Source: an uncultured Bacillales bacterium
GTDB lineage: Bacteria; Bacillota_I; Bacilli_A; RFN20; CAG-449
Length of the DNA stretch: 64,000 nt
Assembly: GCA_946641515.1 (NCBI GenBank)
Contig: CAMPBT010000002.1
Coordinates: 43,890-107,889, forward strand
Direction: 5' to 3'
Part shown: piece by piece, positions 30,001 to 39,624 of the stretch
How the letters are laid out: every line of letters begins with the position of its first letter
Position numbering within the stretch: the stretch's first letter is position 1
The notes under the pieces: generated by a model
Seen by the model: the letters and a program-made list of their open reading frames with translations, nothing else
Databases searched by the model: none
What the model was told of the DNA's origin: nothing
Translations under genes and position numbers: made by a program

Positions 30001-30468
30001 GACAAGGGCTCTAGCAATCGCAACTCTTTGTTTTTGACCACCAGAAAGTTCATTAGGTTTACGTTTACCGTACCCTTTTAAGTCGACTTCCTCTAAGATT
30101 CTTTCAATTTCTTCATCAGTTGGTTTCTTATGCTGTAACTTTAAAGCTAAAGCAATATTTTCCTTAACTGAGAAGTCATTCAAAATATTATATTCTTGGA
30201 AAATAAAACCTAAGTAAGTATTTCTATATGAGTCCATTTCACTGCCAGAGAATTGCTTACTAGATTTGCCATTAATAATGATTTCTCCATCATCAACTTT
30301 ATCAAGACCGCCCATAACGTTAAGTAAAGTAGATTTACCAGAGCCAGATTTACCAAGAATAAATACCAAACCTGTCTGTGGGAACTTTAAAGAAACATCA
30401 TTTAAAGCATGAACGTCTTCAGAGTTTTTAACTTTGTAAACACGTTTTAAATGTTTGACTTCAAGCAT
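27001..30468 (-). CDS. Fused ABC ATPase/FtsX-type permease (MacB-like), paralog 1
   Basis: Same architecture as 23510-26881; REIGILRAVG. Confidence 0.92.
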   Translation of the reverse strand: MLEVKHLKRVYKVKNSEDVHALNDVSLKFPQTGLVFILGKSGSGKSTLLNVMGGLDKVDDGEIIINGKSSKQFSGSEMDSYRNTYLGFIFQEYNILNDFSVKENIALALKLQHKKPTDEEIERILEEVDLKGYGKRKPNELSGGQKQRVAIARALVKEPKIIFGDEPTGALDSNTGKQVFETLKKLSKDKLVVIVSHDRDFAEHFGDRVIELKDGKVISDISKTTVASEKTKTGLSIIGENVIKIDKDHPLTAADLPIINAALAKAGTEAYITADSHVNDAICEAARIDKSGNREEFISTNNEKIDTGKEPFKVIKSNFTLGNAFKMGSKSLRVKPFRLGITILLSAVSFTLFGSAITLGMFGASEAATSTVQNKGITEIVVNKTVKQDYSNYNEKLQYFSDEDIKDIVEKGHVNAFALGDINASLLPNFKTDAYHIKNVNGSITVKNEEDLSKLKIDLVAGELPKDSTECLITLYEFNTYKDIGFKYGKKTYLANQCTYEDVIGTSIEYWGYNGSVNLKIVGIVDTKLDAKYDALKTATEGNIDETLAKEFSNYMFSSNKHNIFYLGEDKTVQTDDKSLDTYINVKKDDTNDKEQLGGIDTVAYYPSHNDKVIFFDGYTSIGDKQIVVSPNDYSQFTKSDSSNEKTYDKYTFTGIKSYYDATEDFATDDNSNRSTIESRIYEAALYKTVWANYEDFYNNHFDAFKAYNESDENYNKVAVKSQEYDPVQQKEVYEYDDSLYASLENSQKWALLNSYFNQKYQNYSTPKIGLYYEDLLNNYWTLKAAFDESHPYTIAEIDSCERSVAEKAAKEYVYKNYQSFLEQYADDEEVINQLENATTEDKKLEAVYNLVGGQILYRGKDNRYADFVNKGTAFVKTKTASMYENIDTTGLEAKQVYLVFSSYVTWDKDTGDQLPSVFDGYYTIVGIDPSLEPNEGSFNRANFEAIQAIEEEKNAYRYGTRNLLLVFSDDRGEISKFFDYYYDKASVLDDYQNAPVGAWKIGASETNIMLVDMLASLLTTMSQVFLYVGIGLAIFSMFLFYNFMSISINNKKREIGILRAVGAKRSDVFKIFYSESFIIAVINFALATAATIALSIILNDRLATSVGLAFTVMNVGPLTVGLIAGVSLVTSILAALLPVTKIANKRPIDAIQNR

Positions 30469-30768
30469 TATGATTTTCCTCCTATGTAGGTTAATTTAAT
30501 TTTAAACGAAAGTAACATAAACATTCAACACTTATGATACATACGTAGGAGTTTGTATACAAAAACATAGGATTTTTATATTTCTATCACTATATATACA
30601 CATTAAAAAAAGATAAATGTTCATTTTTTAAAATCTAATTTTTAAATCTAATCATGATTTTGTTATTAAATTATTAAAATTATCTACAATTTACAGGTAC
30701 GTTTTTTTGTACACATCAATATGCTTATAAGTGCTAAAATAATGACGTAAAAACAAGGAGATAAAATT

Positions 30769-31581
30769 ATGGTTATTATGTTAACAAATGAAGCTTATCC
30801 ATCTTTAAAAGAATATACAGAAAATGATTTTGTTATTTATGAAGATATCTATCGCTTAATTAAGAAATGCATTAATAATCAAGGGACATTTACAAAAGAA
30901 GGTATGTATTATATCTATACAAAATTCTTAATGAAGAAAAGATATGATTTAACTAGAATCTACAAATTATTGTCTAAAAGAAATAATTCATTAAAAGATT
31001 ATGAAACTATTTCTGATATTGAAGAATTAGTAGAATTACTTGATTTACATGATAAAGTTGAAATTGTTAATAATGATAAAGTAAATTCATATTTTAAAAA
31101 TCCATCATTAATTCCATTAGATAGATCTTTAATTGTCTCACCTGATTTTGAATCACCTATTACTATCTCCAATATTAAAAATTACTGTGCATACGTACTT
31201 GATAATTATGAAAATAAAGATGATTTCAAAAGATTTACTAGATTAGTAGAATTTATTTCCAAAGATTATTCTTTTAATAGAGTTAAAGGATTTACCTTAG
31301 AATGGATCTTAATTAATTCATCATCATTTATTCATAAAGAACATTTCTTCAATGCAGAATTATGTTTAGAATATCTAGATATCTATTCTAGGAATCAAAA
31401 GAAGATGAATGAAATCCAATATGAATACCCATATGAATATAAAAGACAATACTTAGGAATGTTATATACACATTCCTTTTCTTTATCTCAAAAAGAAAAA
31501 GAAATCTACAATAAATACTTAAACGAACTTGTTTCTAAAAATGATTTATATGCTCTAAGTTTAAAATTACAATCCAATTAA
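30769..31581 (+). CDS. Hypothetical protein
   Basis: 270-aa ORF with RBS AAGGAG; no motif recognised. Confidence 0.65.
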   Translation: MVIMLTNEAYPSLKEYTENDFVIYEDIYRLIKKCINNQGTFTKEGMYYIYTKFLMKKRYDLTRIYKLLSKRNNSLKDYETISDIEELVELLDLHDKVEIVNNDKVNSYFKNPSLIPLDRSLIVSPDFESPITISNIKNYCAYVLDNYENKDDFKRFTRLVEFISKDYSFNRVKGFTLEWILINSSSFIHKEHFFNAELCLEYLDIYSRNQKKMNEIQYEYPYEYKRQYLGMLYTHSFSLSQKEKEIYNKYLNELVSKNDLYALSLKLQSN

Positions 31582-31606
31582 AAAGAAGGTGAAATTTCAC
31601 CTCCTA

Positions 31607-32347
31607 TTAATCGTCTTTCTTTAAATTATACATAAAGACTCTTTTAACATCTTTGCTACTTAAGAAAGGTAAAATTGAATCTATATTGACATTAGAATAA
31701 TTACCTTTAACATATTCATCTACAAATTTGCTTAATGCTTCTTTTGAAACAAATGGAACTAAACTGCTAATACTAATTTTCTTAAAATTGCCTTCTAAAT
31801 ATAAGATAAATAATTTATCGCATTGTTCTGTTTCTAAGAATGGAAGAACTTCTACTAATGATAAGTCTTTATAATCTTCTGGATTATTGACAATTTCATT
31901 AACAAGTTCATTTAAGTCTTCTTCATCTAAGAAAGGAAGCATAGACATCAATTTTTTAGATTTAGAAGTAGATTTAAATGCACTTAAATCAATGCTATCT
32001 TTAACTTTATTACTAAAATCCATAGTAGATTTTTTAATCTTCTCTGCAGCTTTTCTAGCACTTTCTGAAATCTTTCTACCCATTTCTAAAGCTTCTTTAG
32101 TAAAGAGAGATTCCTCTTCTTTTTTATCATCTACTACTTCTGCTTCTACTTCTTCTGCTTCATCTTCTAAATCAACAGTTTCTTCTTCAAGTCTTTCTTC
32201 TAAATCTTCTAGATAATTTTCAAATTCATCACGAGAGAAATCATCTGAAAAAACTAATGAATCTAAATCTTCTCTTACTGCATCTTCTTTAGTTACTGGG
32301 ACATAAATTATAGTTCCATCATTATTTATTACCTTTTTTAAAATCAT
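31607..32347 (-). CDS. Acidic hypothetical protein with four C-terminal LPFL-type helical repeats
   Basis: ATG 32347 with RBS GGAGG; MLPFLDEEDL / VLPFLETEQC / LVPFVSKEAL / ILPFLSSKDV. Confidence 0.7.
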   Translation of the reverse strand: MILKKVINNDGTIIYVPVTKEDAVREDLDSLVFSDDFSRDEFENYLEDLEERLEEETVDLEDEAEEVEAEVVDDKKEEESLFTKEALEMGRKISESARKAAEKIKKSTMDFSNKVKDSIDLSAFKSTSKSKKLMSMLPFLDEEDLNELVNEIVNNPEDYKDLSLVEVLPFLETEQCDKLFILYLEGNFKKISISSLVPFVSKEALSKFVDEYVKGNYSNVNIDSILPFLSSKDVKRVFMYNLKKDD

Positions 32348-32801
32348 ATATTGCAACCTCCATATTATTTAAATATTTTTGTTCTGATGAAGTTAATTTT
32401 GGATACAATTCCTCCATCTCTACTTGTAGTTTGTTTTCTTTAATTGCTCTTAGAATCATCATTCTTTCAACAGGTGACATTTGGTATAAGACACTAGGTA
32501 CGTCTACCTTAATAGATCCATCAATTATTGAATTAATAATAAAAAGTCTATTATGTCCTACAAAAATATCATCATCATTAATAACAATATCTTCTTCTAA
32601 ACACAGCAATTCTTCAATGCTCACGTTAAAGATTTTAGTTAACTCTACTAGTGTATCTAGGCTTGGGAAAGTTGTTCCTACTTCCCACTTAGAAACATTT
32701 TGACGAGTAACAAATAATTTACTTGCAAGATCATCTTGAGTTAGCTTATTTTCCTTACGTAAGGCAGAAATCTTTTTACCTACTAAAACTACATCAATCA
32801 T
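32322..32801 (-). CDS. XRE-family transcriptional regulator
   Basis: LRKENKLTQDDLASKLFVTRQNVSKWEVG. Confidence 0.9.
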   Translation of the reverse strand: MIDVVLVGKKISALRKENKLTQDDLASKLFVTRQNVSKWEVGTTFPSLDTLVELTKIFNVSIEELLCLEEDIVINDDDIFVGHNRLFIINSIIDGSIKVDVPSVLYQMSPVERMMILRAIKENKLQVEMEELYPKLTSSEQKYLNNMEVAIYDFKKGNK

Positions 32802-32854
32802 TAGTATCTTCCCTCCTTACACCTATATAATAAACTTAAAAAATATGATAATCC

Positions 32855-32871
32855 CGCAACGAAGAGTTGCG
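32855..32871. promoter_or_regulatory. Palindromic operator CGCAAC-N5-GTTGCG
   Basis: Perfect GC-rich palindrome in AT-rich DNA, 54 bp upstream of the XRE gene. Confidence 0.55.
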
Positions 32872-32932
32872 TTTTCTTTACTAATAATTATAAATAATAA
32901 TTTAAAAAAAAGAATGCATAATGCATTCCAAA

Positions 32933-33904
32933 TTAAATATATAAAAGTAAAGATACTAAAGGTATAGTAATAAACGATAATAATGTAGTTACAAGTACCG
33001 TATTAGCAGCAAGTTCTTCTTGAGCATGATGAATCTCTGCTAAAGATAGAACAATTGCCCCACATGGAGCAGCCGCTAAAACTACCATTGCCCCTTTTAA
33101 AGATTCATCTAAAAAAGGAAGCCATCTAACTACTACAAAGACAAATAAAGGAAAAACTATTCCTTTAAAGACTACACTTAAATATACCATAGGTCTAGTC
33201 CATAAATTCTTAAAGCTAACTGTAGATAATCTAGCACCTAAAATAATCATACAAATAGGCGCGCTCATTTTAGCAAGTAAATTAACTGCACCCATTAATT
33301 TATCAATAAAAATAAGACCATATTGATTCTCTATATTATTAATGTAATAACCTACGTTACAGCAATATAATATTACGCCAATAGCTAAACCAATAAGAGT
33401 AGGATTAATTAAGGCTTTCTTTAGAGAAATATATTGTTTATCTTCAGTTAATGCATAAACACCAAAAGTAAAAACTAAAATATTCATTGTTGCAGTAAAG
33501 ATACATGAATAACATGCTGCAAGACCTAAAGAAGGATAAACAGTAGTAACTATAGGTAGCCCAAAGTAACCAACATTCCCCATCACACTACCAATAGTAA
33601 ATACTCTATATTTAGGATCTTCATATTTTTTTCTTAATACAAAATAAAGAGTCATTAAGAAAATAATTTGAAGAACTAAAGTAAAGATAAAGAAATAACC
33701 CATATTAATTAAATCTTGAGTCTTAAATTCAACTTTAGTAAATGAATCAATAAACATCATAGGTGTTAAAACATAAACTAAAATTGTTGATAATGTTTTA
33801 AGATGAGTCCCCTTAATCATTTTAAATTTACCAAGGATAAATCCTGGTAATATAAATAAAAGCAAGATAATAACGCTAACTAATGTGACATAAAATATTT
33901 GCAT
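32933..33904 (-). CDS. AEC (auxin efflux carrier)-family transporter
   Basis: GNVGYFGLPI, NPTLIG, MIILGARL, AAAPCG; about 10 TM segments. Confidence 0.9.
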   Translation of the reverse strand: MQIFYVTLVSVIILLLFILPGFILGKFKMIKGTHLKTLSTILVYVLTPMMFIDSFTKVEFKTQDLINMGYFFIFTLVLQIIFLMTLYFVLRKKYEDPKYRVFTIGSVMGNVGYFGLPIVTTVYPSLGLAACYSCIFTATMNILVFTFGVYALTEDKQYISLKKALINPTLIGLAIGVILYCCNVGYYINNIENQYGLIFIDKLMGAVNLLAKMSAPICMIILGARLSTVSFKNLWTRPMVYLSVVFKGIVFPLFVFVVVRWLPFLDESLKGAMVVLAAAPCGAIVLSLAEIHHAQEELAANTVLVTTLLSFITIPLVSLLLYI

Positions 33905-34081
33905 AAATAATCCTTTTAAATATTAAATATTATTTTCATATTTAACCAAGGACATATTATATTTTATTAAACTTAAAAAAAGTAGTAATTTTTCTTAAGA
34001 TTTAAAAAGTATTATAATAATCTACAATCACTAAAAAAATAGCCAAATGGCTATTTTTCTTATAATTCTTGTTTATAAATA

Positions 34082-34495
34082 TTATTTAACAATGTCTTTA
34101 GCGAATTCTTTTAATCTATTTAAATCTTCTTCATTAGGTCTATCTTTATTCAAATTGATCCAAGAAGCTTTTGTATGGTATTCCTTATCAGAAATCTTAA
34201 TGCCTAAATTATCGCAGTTCTTCTTAACTACTTTAAATGTTGATCTACCTGTAGCACTGCTATTAACATTTACTAATAATTTAATTTTAGAAGCATTTCT
34301 CTTTAAGAATTCTTTTTCTTCTTTTGCAATTGATGTTGCATACATTGCATTAACTAGAAATAATACATCAACTTCTTCATCTAAATCATTATCAACAGTT
34401 AATGCTTCTTTACCAATAGCTTCACTAATTGCGTTAGCAAGTTTAACAGTATTACCTTTCTTACTTAAAGTAAAATATCTAATTTCAGTTTTCAT
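34082..34495 (-). CDS. Flavodoxin-like protein
   Basis: YFTLSKKGNTVKLANAI...RPNEEDLNRLKEFAK. Confidence 0.7.
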   Translation of the reverse strand: MKTEIRYFTLSKKGNTVKLANAISEAIGKEALTVDNDLDEEVDVLFLVNAMYATSIAKEEKEFLKRNASKIKLLVNVNSSATGRSTFKVVKKNCDNLGIKISDKEYHTKASWINLNKDRPNEEDLNRLKEFAKDIVK

Positions 34496-34611
34496 ATTAG
34501 TCTCCCTCTTTTATATTTATTTTATGCCTACTTCTAAAAGAAGTAAATACATAGAAAAAGGTATACCCCATAAAGAGCATACCTTAACAAACCTATAATT
34601 TATTTTATATA

Positions 34612-36147
34612 TTATTTAGTTTCTTCTACTTTTTCTTGTGTAGCTGCTTGTTGAGCGTGAGCATCATTAATTATCTTCATAACTTTCTTTTCATTATAGA
34701 AGAAGAGGAATAATGCGCCGAGTAAGCAGAATGCAATAGCGACAAATGCAACAATAGTTACACCTTGCCATGTAGCAGCGATATCATTTGAAGAAATTAA
34801 TTCTTCATATGAAACGTTAGAACCGATAATTGCAAGTGAAGTAAAGACGAGCATTGATAATGATTGACCAAGTTTCATAGCGAATGTACGTGCTGCGAAG
34901 AACATACCTTCTCTCTTTTCACCTGTAACAATAGCATCTTCTTCAGCAACGTCAGCGACGATTGATTGAGGAATGATACCAAGTAAAGCCATTGGTAAAG
35001 CTGCAACAATTACGATTGCAAAAGCAAATACGTATGACATAGGTCCTTCTTTACCATTTGTAACGAAATATGATAATGCTGTGAATGTAAATGAGACTGC
35101 TAAGCCTAAGAAACCTGCAATAACGAGTTTCTTCTTTCCCCATTTAGCAACGAATTTTGATACGAATGGATAGAATACTGCAGATAAGACTGACATTGCA
35201 CCCATTAAGTACATAGCCCAACCTTCTGGTAAGCCTAATGTTAACTTAACGAAGAATGGTAAACCAGTTTGGAATAAGCCTAAACCGATGAAGTACATAA
35301 CATCAGATGCTGTAAATCTTAAGAAGTTTTTATTTTTGAATGTAGCAGTTAATGACTTGAATGCATTTGTACCTGCTGGTTTTGATTCAACGAAATCTGT
35401 TTCTTTAAGTAAGAATGTTGGAAGTAACATACATACTGCTGCAATGATAACAAGTGGGATGAAGCAGATAACGTATGACCAGTAATAGCCAACACCGAAT
35501 GCGTTTCTAATAATGCCAGCGAAAACGAATGGTAAGTAAGCAATTAATGTACCTGCGAAGAATGTTAATGAGATATATGTTGAGATATTCATTCTATCTT
35601 CTTGAGTTTTACCGAATTCAGAAATTAAAGCATTGTATGGTGTGCAGTAAATTGTCATGAATGTGTAATAAATAACAAGCATTACTGAAACCCAAGCAAT
35701 GTTTAAACCAGTTGGTTCTTTTCCACCTGTGAATAATGATGGTGCCATGAAGACGAGTAATAATGCAACTGAAACTGGAATTGCTGCAAGTTTCATGAAT
35801 GGAAGTCTTCTTCCCTTAGGATTCTTTGAATTATCTGATAAGTTAGCGATTAATGGATCAGATACAGCATCCCATACTCTACATAAAGCTGAGATTAAGC
35901 CAAGTACTGTTAAGAATCCACCGATAACTAAACCAGGTGTAATTAATGTATAGAATGTTTCTCCTACGCCATTAACAACTGTGCCTGAGAAATAATTTAA
36001 AACAGTTCCATCTTCAGCAACAGCTTTAGTTGGTAAATAGAATGAAACTAACCAAGCTGAGATGATACCGCTTAAAATTGACCAACCAAGTTGTCCAATA
36101 GCAAAGATCCACATTTCTTTTTTTGTTAATCTTCTTGTTTTGTTCAT
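34612..36147 (-). CDS. GPH-family (MelB-like) MFS sugar:cation symporter
   Basis: WDAVSDPLIANLSD...GRRLPF, PYNALISE, ADVAEED...REGMFF. Confidence 0.9.
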   Translation of the reverse strand: MNKTRRLTKKEMWIFAIGQLGWSILSGIISAWLVSFYLPTKAVAEDGTVLNYFSGTVVNGVGETFYTLITPGLVIGGFLTVLGLISALCRVWDAVSDPLIANLSDNSKNPKGRRLPFMKLAAIPVSVALLLVFMAPSLFTGGKEPTGLNIAWVSVMLVIYYTFMTIYCTPYNALISEFGKTQEDRMNISTYISLTFFAGTLIAYLPFVFAGIIRNAFGVGYYWSYVICFIPLVIIAAVCMLLPTFLLKETDFVESKPAGTNAFKSLTATFKNKNFLRFTASDVMYFIGLGLFQTGLPFFVKLTLGLPEGWAMYLMGAMSVLSAVFYPFVSKFVAKWGKKKLVIAGFLGLAVSFTFTALSYFVTNGKEGPMSYVFAFAIVIVAALPMALLGIIPQSIVADVAEEDAIVTGEKREGMFFAARTFAMKLGQSLSMLVFTSLAIIGSNVSYEELISSNDIAATWQGVTIVAFVAIAFCLLGALFLFFYNEKKVMKIINDAHAQQAATQEKVEETK

Positions 36148-36215
36148 AAATGTCCTTTCCTAAATAAATTGATAGGTTTTCTATCATATTTAATATTATT
36201 TAATATTTTTTGTTT

Positions 36216-36284
36216 TGTAAAGCGCTTTCATTAAAAAATTACAACAAAATTAGATTTGCCAACATTTCGGTGATAACGCTTTCA
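36216..36284. promoter_or_regulatory. LacI/CcpA(cre)-type operators
   Basis: TGTAAAGCGCTTTCA (36216-36230) and TGATAACGCTTTCA (36271-36284) upstream of the sugar transporter. Confidence 0.7.
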
Positions 36285-36371
36285 AAATATTGAAAGTTAA
36301 TTAATTTTTACTATCAATTTAAATAAAAAAATCTATATCTCACTTTTTAATAAGATATAGATTAATATATA

Positions 36372-37055
36372 TTAATTATTTTTATTCTCTATTCTTACAA
36401 TAGACATAACAATTATCATTACTAAGCTAAAGACAAAACAAACAATAAATCCATATATAGAAAAGGTAGGAACTCCATTCCATCTTTTTGCAGGTCCCCT
36501 AAAAGAATTTAAGATTGCCAAATAGAAAACATCAGTTAATACACCTACTGTAAAAATAAACAAATCAACAAGTATAGTAGTAGAAGCAAGTCTACTAATC
36601 TTCTTATCATTATTATATAATCTATCTCCAAAAATCTTTCTCTCAAGCGCGATACGTTTATTAGATAAAATTCCAATAAGAGTTGATACTAATGTACTAA
36701 GGCCAGTTACAAAAGAAACAAAGCCAATAACTACCATTACATCTTTTAAGATATTCTTCCCATTAATTAAGGCAAAAGATGAACCAATTAATCCCATAAC
36801 AATTAAAGTAATCTCAGGAACAAGTTCAAATAAAGAAGTATTATTCGCTTTTCTAAATTTACCAGATAATAATAGTCCTGCGACAATTACACCCATAGAA
36901 GCAAAGAAAACTAATTGATACCAAATTGGGCACTCAAAAAAGTTCCCCTTTTGATCAGGAAAGAAGATTTGTCCAACCGCTAAATCGCTACCACATCCTA
37001 GTGCTCCTAGTGCAGTAATAAGTAAGGCCATTAATGAATAATGCTTATCATTCAT
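36372..37055 (-). CDS. Hypothetical multi-pass membrane protein
   Basis: 227 aa, about 6 hydrophobic segments. Confidence 0.7.
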   Translation of the reverse strand: MNDKHYSLMALLITALGALGCGSDLAVGQIFFPDQKGNFFECPIWYQLVFFASMGVIVAGLLLSGKFRKANNTSLFELVPEITLIVMGLIGSSFALINGKNILKDVMVVIGFVSFVTGLSTLVSTLIGILSNKRIALERKIFGDRLYNNDKKISRLASTTILVDLFIFTVGVLTDVFYLAILNSFRGPAKRWNGVPTFSIYGFIVCFVFSLVMIIVMSIVRIENKNN

Positions 37056-37171
37056 ATAAAACTCTCCCCGTAAAGTTTGTATTACTTTAAATATTATTTT
37101 ATACTTTTATATTTTTTTGTTAATATGCAAAACCATTCATATTTGTTAACTTTTAATTCTTTTTGAATCAT

Positions 37172-37270
37172 TTTTTGCACTTTCAAAAATTTTAAAAGTG
37201 CAATTTTTGCACCTTATTTCCAAATATAAAGTGCAATTTTTGCACCTTGTCATTGAATAAAAAGTGCAAA
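37172..37270. repeat. Operator array AAAGTGCAATTTTTGCACCTT with a period of about 33 bp
   Basis: Full copies at 37195-37215 and 37228-37248, half copies at 37172-37183 and 37261-37270. Confidence 0.8.
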
Positions 37271-37298
37271 TCAGTTATTATATAGTTAGGTGAAGAAT

Positions 37299-37775
37299 AT
37301 GAATTTAAAAGAATTAAGAATTTCAAAATCTCTTACACAAATGCAAGCCTCTATGTTGGCAGGCATCTCTTTACGTTCATATAAAGAATATGAAAATAAT
37401 AAGAATAAATCTGACTCAATAAAATATAAGTATATTTACAATGAACTATTAAAATACGGCTATATTGACGAAGAACACGGAATTTTAGAATTAGATACTA
37501 TAATTAAAAAAGCTGAATTAATCTTTTCTAAATACGATGTAGAATATTGCTATCTATTTGGAAGTTATGCAAAAAATAATCCAAATGAATCTAGTGATGT
37601 AGATTTACTTATTTCAACACAAATAACTGGTATGGCATTTTTTGGTCTAGCAGAAGAATTAAGAGAATCACTCAAAAAAAGAATTGATTTATTAAATCTA
37701 GATCAATTAAAAAACAATCCAGAATTATTAAATGAAATATTAAAGGATGGTATTAAAATATATGATAAAAGATGA
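37299..37775 (+). CDS. XRE-HTH fused to a minimal nucleotidyltransferase (MntA-like antitoxin)
   Basis: LRISKSLTQMQAS HTH; YLFGSYAK...SDVDLL MNT motif. Confidence 0.88.
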   Translation: MNLKELRISKSLTQMQASMLAGISLRSYKEYENNKNKSDSIKYKYIYNELLKYGYIDEEHGILELDTIIKKAELIFSKYDVEYCYLFGSYAKNNPNESSDVDLLISTQITGMAFFGLAEELRESLKKRIDLLNLDQLKNNPELLNEILKDGIKIYDKR

Positions 37776-38084
37776 TAAATATTTTTTTCAAAAACTTTAG
37801 ATGAGATTACTACTATTATGAATTATTCTAAAGACCTATCAATGAATGATTTATATGATAATCCTATTTATATTGATGGTATCATATTTAGAATGATTCA
37901 AATGTCTGAGCATATGAATAATATCTCAGAAAACTTAAAAAATAATTATCCATACATATCATGGACAAGTATTAAAGGTTTTAGAAATAAATTAGTTCAT
38001 AATTATGGTGGAGTAGATTTAAAATTTGTTTATTTAGCGATCACTGAAGATATTCCAAAACTCTATAAAGATTTAAAAAGATAA
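37762..38084 (+). pseudogene. HepT/DUF86-like HEPN RNase toxin, frameshifted at a T7/A5 run
   Basis: ATG 37762 gives MIKDDKYFFQKL*; the -1 frame continues KTLDEITTIMNYSKDL...IKGFRNKLVHNYG. Confidence 0.75.
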
Positions 38085-38195
38085 TTGAAAACTTATAAAA
38101 CTGATCTTGATTTAATTCAAGATCTTTTTATTTACTAAATTTCTATTCAAAAAAAGTACTCATAGATTATTACCTACAAGTACTTTATAAAATTA

Positions 38196-39605
38196 TTATT
38201 TTGCAAGATTATATGAAGGTTCACTTGCGAAATTTTTATTCTTATCTAATTTTTTAAATTCTAAGAAAACTAAGATAAATGTAATAATTAATGCAATCAT
38301 ATCTGATATTGGAGCGGCCCATAACACTCCTTCAATACCCATTCCCATAGGTAAACAAATAGTTAATGGAACAAAAGTAATTACATCTCTAACAAGTGAT
38401 AAGACTGTAGCCTTGACTGGAGAAGAAATTGATTGGAGGAAAATTGAAGAAACTTTTTGAATGCATGTAAAGATAATAAGCATTAAATAGATTCTAACTG
38501 TCTTTTCTCCAAATTCAAAATATGTTTCAGGGTTAGTAGTTTTTGCACCAAACATACCAACAATTTGAGTAGGAATAGTTTGGAATAAGATAGTAGCAAT
38601 TAAAGCAACTACTATAGAAGAAATTAAAACAATGAAATAACCTTGTTTAACTCTATCATATTTTTTTGCACCATAATTGTAGCCAATGACAGGTTGAGCA
38701 CCTGCAGCAATACCTACAACGATATTAATAACAATAGTAAAGACCTTCATGACAACTCCAACAATTGCCTGAGGATCATTAACTCCGTATTTAGATTCTC
38801 TTCCGTAACGAGCAAGAGTATTCATAGATACTACAGAAATAATAACAATGGAAATTTGAGTTAAGAATGATGATAAACCAAGTTTTAAAACAGTACCTAA
38901 TTCTTTAAAATCAGGAATAAATGATTTTAATGATAATTTAAATGTTTTTGTTTTAAATAAATATAATGATGAAATAACAAAAGATAATACTTGGCCAAGA
39001 ATTGTGGCTAGAGCCGCCCCAAATAGACCCATATTCCAAACTATAACCATTAATGCATCAAAGATGATATTAAATATAGCCCCAGCAACTAAAGAAATCA
39101 TCGCTACTTGAGGTGAGTTATCTGCTCTAATAATTGAATTAAGTGTAGCGGTTAAGATATAAAAAGGGAATCCAATAACAATGATAAAACCATATTCATG
39201 AGCAAGTGCAAGTGACTCAGGAGTCTTTGCCCCAAAGAAATCTAAAATATTATCAAGTAAAGGAAAACATACTGCATAAAATAGTAAAGAACATACTAAA
39301 GAAATAATAATACTAGTACCTACTACCTTAGGTAATTTATCTTTTTCTCCTTTGCCAAGTAATATAGACATATAGGCTGCAGCACCATCTCCAAGTACTA
39401 ATCCAAAAGCTAAAGCAATAACTGTTAAAGGAAAAACAATAGTAGTCGCGGTATTACCTAATGTACCAACAGATGAATTTCCAATAAAGATTTGGTCAAC
39501 GATATTGTATAATGCGCTGACAAGTAAAGATAAAATACATGGGATAGAAAATTTAACAATCAATTTTGACATTTTTTCTGTTCCTAAAAATGTAGATGAA
39601 TTCAT
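38196..39605 (-). CDS. MATE-family efflux transporter (MepA-like)
   Basis: FSIPCILSLLVSALYNIVDQIFIG, QPVIGYNYGAKKYDRV. Confidence 0.92.
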   Translation of the reverse strand: MNSSTFLGTEKMSKLIVKFSIPCILSLLVSALYNIVDQIFIGNSSVGTLGNTATTIVFPLTVIALAFGLVLGDGAAAYMSILLGKGEKDKLPKVVGTSIIISLVCSLLFYAVCFPLLDNILDFFGAKTPESLALAHEYGFIIVIGFPFYILTATLNSIIRADNSPQVAMISLVAGAIFNIIFDALMVIVWNMGLFGAALATILGQVLSFVISSLYLFKTKTFKLSLKSFIPDFKELGTVLKLGLSSFLTQISIVIISVVSMNTLARYGRESKYGVNDPQAIVGVVMKVFTIVINIVVGIAAGAQPVIGYNYGAKKYDRVKQGYFIVLISSIVVALIATILFQTIPTQIVGMFGAKTTNPETYFEFGEKTVRIYLMLIIFTCIQKVSSIFLQSISSPVKATVLSLVRDVITFVPLTICLPMGMGIEGVLWAAPISDMIALIITFILVFLEFKKLDKNKNFASEPSYNLAK

Positions 39606-39624
39606 TTTTTAACCTCCTTGAACA

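Noticed and set aside
34047-34598. 183-aa plus-strand ORF, and the many other short antisense ORFs in the track
   Set aside because: They lie opposite recognisable genes and have no motifs or RBS
37172-37270. Mini-CRISPR interpretation of the regularly spaced palindromic repeats
   Set aside because: Spacers are only 12 bp, there are just two full repeats, no cas genes are present, and the position fits an operator array
37773-37775. Genetic code 4 (TGA=Trp), given the Mollicutes-like composition
   Set aside because: Long genes are intact under code 11, Trp is TGG where checked, and TGA ends the MNT gene at its expected position
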